From Candidatus Omnitrophota bacterium (GTDB lineage: Bacteria; Omnitrophota; Gorgyraeia; JABMRG01), in NCBI GenBank assembly GCA_013202525.1, contig JABMQS010000002.1, positions 1 through 60,297 on the forward strand: 60,297 nucleotides of DNA, in the 5' to 3' direction. Within the stretch, counting starts at the first letter, position 1, and each line of letters begins with the position of its first letter. The position numbers and the translations under genes were made by a program. The notes beneath the pieces are model-generated. The model worked only from the letters and a program-made list of their open reading frames with translations. It had not been told where the DNA came from and did not search any database. Shown here piece after piece: positions 54,926-60,297 of the stretch.

Positions 54926-57321
54926 TTTTTATGAAGAAAGACAGATTTTATAAGATTCTTATATTCTTTGCTTTGCTCTATCTCTTATCCAGGGTAGCCT
55001 TATTGTTTTTTCCCGCGGATGAGATTCTTTCCGTGTGGGAGTGGGATGATGCGCTATACCCGGGTGTTATAGCAAATGAGCTGATATGCGGTCTGAAAAT
55101 GCCATTCTTTGATCATATCCAGCTTCCGCATACTTCAGATACATTGATATGCGGCCTGTTAGTCGCGCCTTTCTTTTGGCTATTCGGCGAATCGCTTTTT
55201 ATGGTTAATCTTGTAAGCATACTTTTCTCACTAGGGACATTGATATTGTGGTATCTGTTCTTTGGTTACTGGGTCAACAAAAGAGCCGGTATTTTAATGG
55301 GGTTATTTTTGCTTTTTGCACCCCCTGTTTTTTTGGGCCATTCTCTTGTATTGACCGGTGGTCAGAATGAGACCATGTTCTTTGATACGTTGATAATCTT
55401 TTTGTTTTTCAAATCCTTCTTCGTTAAGAAACAAGTAGATCCTGTGCGGACAGGGCCCTGCCTCCAGGCACGCAGGTCATTTACCCCGGCCTGGGTCATG
55501 CTTTGCGGTATTGTTACAGGCATTGCCCTTTGGTTCGACTATTCTGTGCTGATAAGCGTTGTGACTTGTTTGATATTTTCACTTGTTGTCGGTATAAAAA
55601 AAGAGACGGCAAGGTATCTACTCGTATATTTTTTGTTTTGTATCTTGGGCCTTATCCCATGGTTCTGGTATAACATATCACGCTTTTGGAGCGCAGCACA
55701 CATATATGATGTTAGCGCCTATCGCTGGTTCCATTTTGATATCGGGTATTTTCTGCATAAGATAAAAGGGATCTTTACGGGGGATCTCCAGGCAAGCTTA
55801 TATTTCATGGATTATTCTATAATAAAGAAAGAGATCTTATCTTTTAGCTATGCCCTTATTCTGTTGCTGGGATTTATGATATTATTATTTACTGTGATTA
55901 GACGATTCTTATCCAGATCGTTCGCAAATCTTATAAGCAGGCCATTATGGAAAAATCTAGACACTTTTTTCCTGATATATATATTTGTCTTTGCGCTATC
56001 CTACGGATTTAGCAGGTTCGATATCTTCACCAAAGATGAAAGTTTTTTTGCCTACCGCTACCTTTTGCTTTTACAGATTCTACTTCTGGCAGTCCTTGCT
56101 CTAGCCATAGACCATCTATGGAGATCAAGGCGGATTAAGGCAGCAGTGCCGGTATTTATGGCCGGCACTATCTTGATCTGTAGTCTATTTGGATTCTTGA
56201 GTTTATTCTCGGCCAAAAATGCGTATGCCATCTTTTGTCTTGATGCGTACGACTACTCATACTTAGGAGACGCATTGTACAACAATAATGGAAAGAGTAT
56301 GGAAAGAGTAAAGGCCAAGATATCAGACTTTGACGAAAGGCGCCACAGGGCTATAATGGCAGGCGCATTAAATGTTGCCCTTAATGACAGAACAGAGGAA
56401 GCAGAAGAGCTGTGGCATGAGAGTCTCCTGCTCAACGAAGAGATAGGTAGATATTTGAAAGACCCGCAGATTATATCTGGGCCTGCCAAAAAAGGCGGCT
56501 GCACGGAATTTCTTTTTGCGGACCGCTCTGGAAAACACTGGGATTTCAGATCCTATGCATTAAATGGGTCTTATGCGGAGGCGGGTCGCGCGGAGGCGGT
56601 AATGGCCGCTTATGGACTGGCGGAGTTGTTAGGGGTAGAGACACCCGTAACCGTTAAGTATACATTGACTGCGGGCGGCAAGAAACGTCAAGGTATTGCC
56701 TGTATTGTAATGCCGACATATGTTTCATTGAAAGAATATAAAAAACCGTTGCCGGATGAGCTTGCGGCGCAGCACAGAAGACATCTGTTTTTCGATTTTC
56801 TTATATTTGGTGAGAATCACAAAGACGGTGATTATATAGTTGACACGGAAAACAACCGAATACTGGCCGCGGAAAAATACCAGGCCTTTGTATCACATAG
56901 AATAAAAGAGCGGATCAGCGGGGATACTCAAGTTGCGGTAGTGTTTGAAGACGGCGCTGTAATCAGGGAGGCGAATTTGACAGAAGAGAGGTATCCTTTT
57001 TTTGACAGGATGAAATTGCCCCATTATCATCATGTCGGAGGAATGGTAAGCTATTTGGACGGAATAGCCGATAATGCCTTCACCGGCTATATGCAGAATT
57101 TTTATATATACCCGCAGGGCATGGATTTATTGATCAGCCTGATGCAGCAAGATATAGATAGTTTTAACAGACAATTCCTTAGTTTGGTAGACAGCCGCGG
57201 GCCTGCTTATACCAGGTATGATTTTGCAAGGGAAGGCCTGGAATATATTGATTCCGTAGTTAAAAAATTGAAAGAAAGAATAGAATTCAAGAAGGCCATT
57301 CTTGAAGACTTACGGGGATGA
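54916..57321 (+). CDS. ArnT-like GT-C membrane domain fused to a ~330-aa C-terminal soluble domain of unknown family
   Basis: The N-terminal ~470 aa are polytopic with first-loop FFPADE...WEWDD acidic motifs. From about aa 470 the sequence is soluble. An alternative start at ATG 54931 removes the 10-nt overlap with the preceding gene. Confidence 0.5.
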   Translation: MPLIFMKKDRFYKILIFFALLYLLSRVALLFFPADEILSVWEWDDALYPGVIANELICGLKMPFFDHIQLPHTSDTLICGLLVAPFFWLFGESLFMVNLVSILFSLGTLILWYLFFGYWVNKRAGILMGLFLLFAPPVFLGHSLVLTGGQNETMFFDTLIIFLFFKSFFVKKQVDPVRTGPCLQARRSFTPAWVMLCGIVTGIALWFDYSVLISVVTCLIFSLVVGIKKETARYLLVYFLFCILGLIPWFWYNISRFWSAAHIYDVSAYRWFHFDIGYFLHKIKGIFTGDLQASLYFMDYSIIKKEILSFSYALILLLGFMILLFTVIRRFLSRSFANLISRPLWKNLDTFFLIYIFVFALSYGFSRFDIFTKDESFFAYRYLLLLQILLLAVLALAIDHLWRSRRIKAAVPVFMAGTILICSLFGFLSLFSAKNAYAIFCLDAYDYSYLGDALYNNNGKSMERVKAKISDFDERRHRAIMAGALNVALNDRTEEAEELWHESLLLNEEIGRYLKDPQIISGPAKKGGCTEFLFADRSGKHWDFRSYALNGSYAEAGRAEAVMAAYGLAELLGVETPVTVKYTLTAGGKKRQGIACIVMPTYVSLKEYKKPLPDELAAQHRRHLFFDFLIFGENHKDGDYIVDTENNRILAAEKYQAFVSHRIKERISGDTQVAVVFEDGAVIREANLTEERYPFFDRMKLPHYHHVGGMVSYLDGIADNAFTGYMQNFYIYPQGMDLLISLMQQDIDSFNRQFLSLVDSRGPAYTRYDFAREGLEYIDSVVKKLKERIEFKKAILEDLRG

Positions 57322-57408
57322 TATTCCGGTGCCTAATGACTGTAATAACCCTTTTACATTTAACGGTGTCTTGCTATAAGCGCGAAGTATAATTTGTCAG
57401 GATAATTT

Positions 57409-58125
57409 ATGAAAGCAATTGAAGCTAACAATTATAGCCGCCTTAGTGTTATAGTGCCTGTTTACAATGAGGCGGGCACAATAATAGAACTCGTAGACAG
57501 GGTTCGGGATAGTGTCCCTGGAGCTGAGGTGGTAGTAGTAAACGACGGGAGCACTGATGAGACTATGTCAGTCCTTAAAACGTTAAAATGCGAAGGCATA
57601 AAGATCATCAGTGTGGGCCAGAATAGAGGTAAGGGGTTTGCGGTAAGGAGAGGTATTGAGGCTGCAAGGGGTTCTATAATGGTGCAGATCGATAGTGATC
57701 TGCAATTTTTGCCCGAAGAGATTCCGAAACTTATTAGCCCTATTTTTGGAAATGAAGCGGATATCGTTTTTGGAAGCAGGTATATATGTGACTCCGGTGC
57801 AACGGGTGCGAACGTTAGCCTATTAAAGCGTTTTGGCAGTTATGCGGTTTCCGGTATTGTGTCATTGATCTGCGGCAGGAATTATACAGATATATTTGCA
57901 GGTTTTAAGGCATGGAGGAAAGATGCCATGGAAAGGATATCTTTGGCAGAAGATGGATTTGCTTATGAAGCCGAGATTGCCATTAGGGCAAGAGACAAAG
58001 ATATAAGGATAGTGGAGCTGCCCATAGGTTATGATAGGAGGAAGTACGGGTATTCAAAACTCAGTATCCTTAAGGAAATGTTTATCTTGCCGCTTAAGTT
58101 GTTATTCCTCTGGTTCAGGACTTAA
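57409..58125 (+). CDS. GT2 glycosyltransferase, polyprenyl-phosphate sugar synthase type (DPM1/ArnC/GtrB-like)
   Basis: SVIVPVYNEAGTI, VVVNDGSTDET, QNRGKGFA and the DxD-like QIDSDLQ are present. It is a small protein with a C-terminal hydrophobic tail. Confidence 0.85.
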   Translation: MKAIEANNYSRLSVIVPVYNEAGTIIELVDRVRDSVPGAEVVVVNDGSTDETMSVLKTLKCEGIKIISVGQNRGKGFAVRRGIEAARGSIMVQIDSDLQFLPEEIPKLISPIFGNEADIVFGSRYICDSGATGANVSLLKRFGSYAVSGIVSLICGRNYTDIFAGFKAWRKDAMERISLAEDGFAYEAEIAIRARDKDIRIVELPIGYDRRKYGYSKLSILKEMFILPLKLLFLWFRT

Positions 58126-58128
58126 AGA

Positions 58129-59127
58129 ATGCCATATTATAAGATGAAGACAGCAAAATTGAGGGCCCTAAGACAATTATTCTATTTTATGCAGGCAGCT
58201 GTAAGGTCATGTATATTAAAAAAAGAGACCGTGCATGCATACCCGCTATCAATATCTGTAGAGGCCGCCTCTTCCTGCAACCTCAGATGCAGATACTGTT
58301 ATCAGGCGTCCGCAAAGGATAAGTTTGATAGGGGAGGGGGCAATATGGATTTTGGCCTTTTTGAGGAATTGATAAAAGAGATATCCGGCAAGCCATATCC
58401 TGTTAATATAAACTTTGACTTAGGCGGTGAGCCGTTTTTAAACGATAGGCTTATGGATATGGTGGAGCTCGCTTCGGCTCACAAGAGATTCACAAATATA
58501 AGCACAAACGGTACGATGCTGACGGATGAAATTATCGACAGGATACTTGATTCGGGGCTGAATAAGATCGGGTTTTCTATAGATTTTTTGCGCGGTGAGA
58601 ATATGAGAGATGGTTCCGACATCAGGGAGGTTGTATCAAATATAGATAAAATGATCTATAGACGCAATATGTCAAAAAAATCAAAACCAAGGATCATAAT
58701 CAGGAGTCTCGATCTTAAAGGGGTTTTGGTCAAAAGCCTTATAGGATTGTTTGAGAACAGGCCCGATGCGGTTTTTTTTAATCCACCGACAAACTGGGCA
58801 GGGCTTATAGATTTTCCCCGGCTAGGCGAGGCATATAATATATGCATGCTGCCGTGGCTTGAGATGGCCATGTTGCATAATGGGGAATGTATACTCTGCT
58901 GTAATGATATGCAGGGCGCATTTATGGCCGGAAAATTTCCTGATCAGAATCTGCAGGATATATGGCAGGGCAATAAGCTGAAGACAGCAAGAAGAGCGAT
59001 AATGGATAAGGACTCCTCATTCAGCGAGGGACAGAATTGCCCCAGATGCACGAGGCTAAAGAATCCCATACCGTTCAAAAATTATCTGAGGTATCTTTAT
59101 GAAGAGGCAAGGTCGTCTTTTGCATAA
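58129..59127 (+). CDS. Radical SAM enzyme with a SPASM-like C-terminus
   Basis: The motifs are CNLRCRYC, LGGEPFL, and C-terminal CMLPW...GECILCCND...CPRC. Confidence 0.8.
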   Translation: MPYYKMKTAKLRALRQLFYFMQAAVRSCILKKETVHAYPLSISVEAASSCNLRCRYCYQASAKDKFDRGGGNMDFGLFEELIKEISGKPYPVNINFDLGGEPFLNDRLMDMVELASAHKRFTNISTNGTMLTDEIIDRILDSGLNKIGFSIDFLRGENMRDGSDIREVVSNIDKMIYRRNMSKKSKPRIIIRSLDLKGVLVKSLIGLFENRPDAVFFNPPTNWAGLIDFPRLGEAYNICMLPWLEMAMLHNGECILCCNDMQGAFMAGKFPDQNLQDIWQGNKLKTARRAIMDKDSSFSEGQNCPRCTRLKNPIPFKNYLRYLYEEARSSFA

Positions 59128-59148
59128 TGATCTTTTTGGTGAGCGCCG

Positions 59149-60084
59149 ATGGCAATAGATAAGAAGAAGATCATCAAATCTGTTTTACCCATCCTTGTGA
59201 CTGTCGGCGCCTTCGCCTATATCTTCAAGAGGATTCCTGTATATGAAGTGCTGGAGTGCCTTAGAAACGCAGACCTATATCTGATTGGCGCTGCCCTGGC
59301 CCTATCTGTTATCAGCAACATATTTATTAGTGCGGTACGGTGGTGGTTAATACTCAAGAGGCTTGGGCTGAGCATTGGTTTTCGCGAGACATTATTTATA
59401 AAGTTGGCCAGCGACCCATTTGTCACTATCCTCCCCTTTAGATCAGGTGAATTGACCAAGTTTGCATATTTAAGCCGCATAAAGAATTTCTCTTACAAGA
59501 GGTCGATACTTTCAATATTATGCGGATATATCTCTTATATTTTTTCACTCCTCTGCCTTGTCCTCATAGGGCTATTTTGTTGGTTTCTGATCACAGCTGA
59601 CAAGGGCCTGGTAGGCGCAGCAGGGGTGGTTTTGGTTTTGGCAGCACTACTGGTTGGGTTGGCAAGGAATGCTTTCGGCAACTCCGGAGCCTGCGGTAGA
59701 TTTGCGAAGAAAGGAGCTGTTATTATCAGGCGATACAGAGACTCACTGCCTACCTTACCGGTCGGCGGGGGCGTGCTCATAGCCTCTTTTCTTATAGCCC
59801 TTCTGGATATACTTACTGTCTACATATTGGCACTGTCTGTCGGCCTTACCCTGCCGCTGGTTGAATTGCTGGTCCGCATGCCGGCAGCGATTATACTGGG
59901 AAGCATGCCAGTATCTATAGCCGGGCTCGGAGTAAGGGAGCCCGCATTTATATTGTTGTTTGCCAAATTGGGGCCTCCGGGATTACTCTTGTCTGCAGGC
60001 ATACTCTATTCCTTTGTCAACCATATATTCCCAACGATCCTCGGCTTCTTCTTTACAGCGCCCTTCCTGAAAAAGATGGTGTGA
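59149..60084 (+). CDS. Flippase-like membrane protein (lysylphosphatidylglycerol-synthase TM-region / UPF0104 family)
   Basis: It has ~8 TM segments, and the N-terminus KKIIKSVLPILVTVGAFAYIFKRI...RWWLILKRLG is typical of this family. The family is often paired with GT2 enzymes. Confidence 0.65.
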   Translation: MAIDKKKIIKSVLPILVTVGAFAYIFKRIPVYEVLECLRNADLYLIGAALALSVISNIFISAVRWWLILKRLGLSIGFRETLFIKLASDPFVTILPFRSGELTKFAYLSRIKNFSYKRSILSILCGYISYIFSLLCLVLIGLFCWFLITADKGLVGAAGVVLVLAALLVGLARNAFGNSGACGRFAKKGAVIIRRYRDSLPTLPVGGGVLIASFLIALLDILTVYILALSVGLTLPLVELLVRMPAAIILGSMPVSIAGLGVREPAFILLFAKLGPPGLLLSAGILYSFVNHIFPTILGFFFTAPFLKKMV

Positions 60085-60088
60085 TCTT

Positions 60089-60113
60089 ACCTGCCTGCTG
60101 TCAGGCGCAAACA
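60089..60113. repeat. Possible degenerate third copy of repeat B just after the last stop codon
   Basis: ACCTGCCTGCTGTCAGGCGCAAAC compares with CCCTGCCTGCCGGCAGGCGTGCGCAAC in B1. It forms the small hairpin GCCTG-CTGT-CAGGC. Confidence 0.4.
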
Positions 60114-60215
60114 ATACGCTTATGCAATATTAGGCCTTGCGATGTAATTTTCGCAGGATCGAAAAACTCTATTGGCGGGAGCACCCTGTGTTTGCAGCAT
60201 GTTGAAGATGCGAGC

Positions 60216-60257
60216 CCCTCGGCTCCGCTCGGGACTCGTCCCGAGTGCAATCGAGGG
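60216..60257. repeat. GC-rich nested palindrome (REP-like) at the window end
   Basis: CTCGGGAC-TC-GTCCCGAG (60228-60245) is nested within CCCTCG...CGAGGG (60216-60257). Confidence 0.5.
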
Positions 60258-60297
60258 ACGAGCGGCCATGGTTCCGCCCGATATAGGTTTTGGCGGA

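Noticed and set aside
39643-60084. A RiPP (ribosomal peptide) biosynthetic cluster, suggested by four SPASM-like and one B12 radical SAM enzymes.
   Set aside because: The intergenic gaps are 1-31 nt, apart from one 87-nt gap (57322-57408) that holds only a 4-codon ORF. There is no room for a precursor peptide gene, and no peptidase or ABC exporter is present. The dominant partners are glycosyltransferases and sugar aminotransferases. Protein-substrate radical SAM chemistry is not fully excluded.
60150-60297. A possible minus-strand ORF at the window end beginning MAARPSIALGTSPERSRGARIF...
   Set aside because: It is encoded by a GC-rich nested palindromic (REP-like) element and runs toward the preceding gene, with no supporting motif. 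Such peptide-like translations are typical artefacts of palindromic repeats. The window is also too short to judge it.

Overview
This is a 60.3-kb bacterial window in which almost everything is co-directional on the + strand; only one tRNA-Leu and one AsmA-like gene lie on the - strand. No transposase, integrase, rRNA or CRISPR array is visible.

(1) Region 1-29.9 kb is a tightly packed, often translationally coupled housekeeping block. It holds a leuS fragment, a GH94-like phosphorylase with a lysine-rich tail, UPF0280 plus NIL-ferredoxin, a GAF-ANTAR regulator, mnmG, and a CaCA antiporter coupled to a pentapeptide-repeat K+ channel. It continues with yqeY, ttcA, a CPBP protease, a HAD hydrolase, GTP-type PEPCK, def, Thi4, and a PAS histidine kinase with its receiver. 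The block ends with tRNA-Leu(CAG), smpB-ssrA, an amidase, murI, queD-queC-queE-queF, a two-subunit class I fumarase, rph, rdgB and an AsmA/TamB-like gene.

(2) Region 30.0-38.7 kb is the most unusual part. A near-consensus promoter with a long leader drives a 1665-aa ORF that fuses all four non-L components of the glycine cleavage system (GcvT-GcvPA-GcvPB-GcvH) into one polypeptide with a hydrophobic N-terminus. It is followed by a 1057-aa orphan protein. The two genes share a conserved ~47-60 bp sequence just upstream of their start codons, and the pair is bracketed by inverted copies of a modular repeat family that also occurs at 6.5 kb.

(3) Region 38.8-60.1 kb is a co-directional run of 16 genes, with gaps of 71 nt (39572-39642) and 87 nt (57322-57408) and all others about 30 nt or less. 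It contains six predicted GT-C-type membrane glycosyltransferases (four ArnT/PMT-like, two YfhO-like). It also contains five radical SAM enzymes (four with Cys-rich SPASM/twitch-like C-termini, one B12-binding), two DegT-family aminotransferases, one GT2 polyprenyl-phosphate-type glycosyltransferase and a flippase-like membrane protein. I read it as an Arn-like envelope aminoglycosylation system in which radical SAM chemistry replaces the usual nucleotide-sugar dehydrogenase or dehydratase steps; that reading is inference.

Gene content (archaeal-type Thi4, NIL-ferredoxin, GTP-PEPCK, Fe-S fumarase, many radical SAM enzymes) suggests an uncultivated anaerobe. All calls rest on reading the supplied translations and nucleotides; no database search was run.
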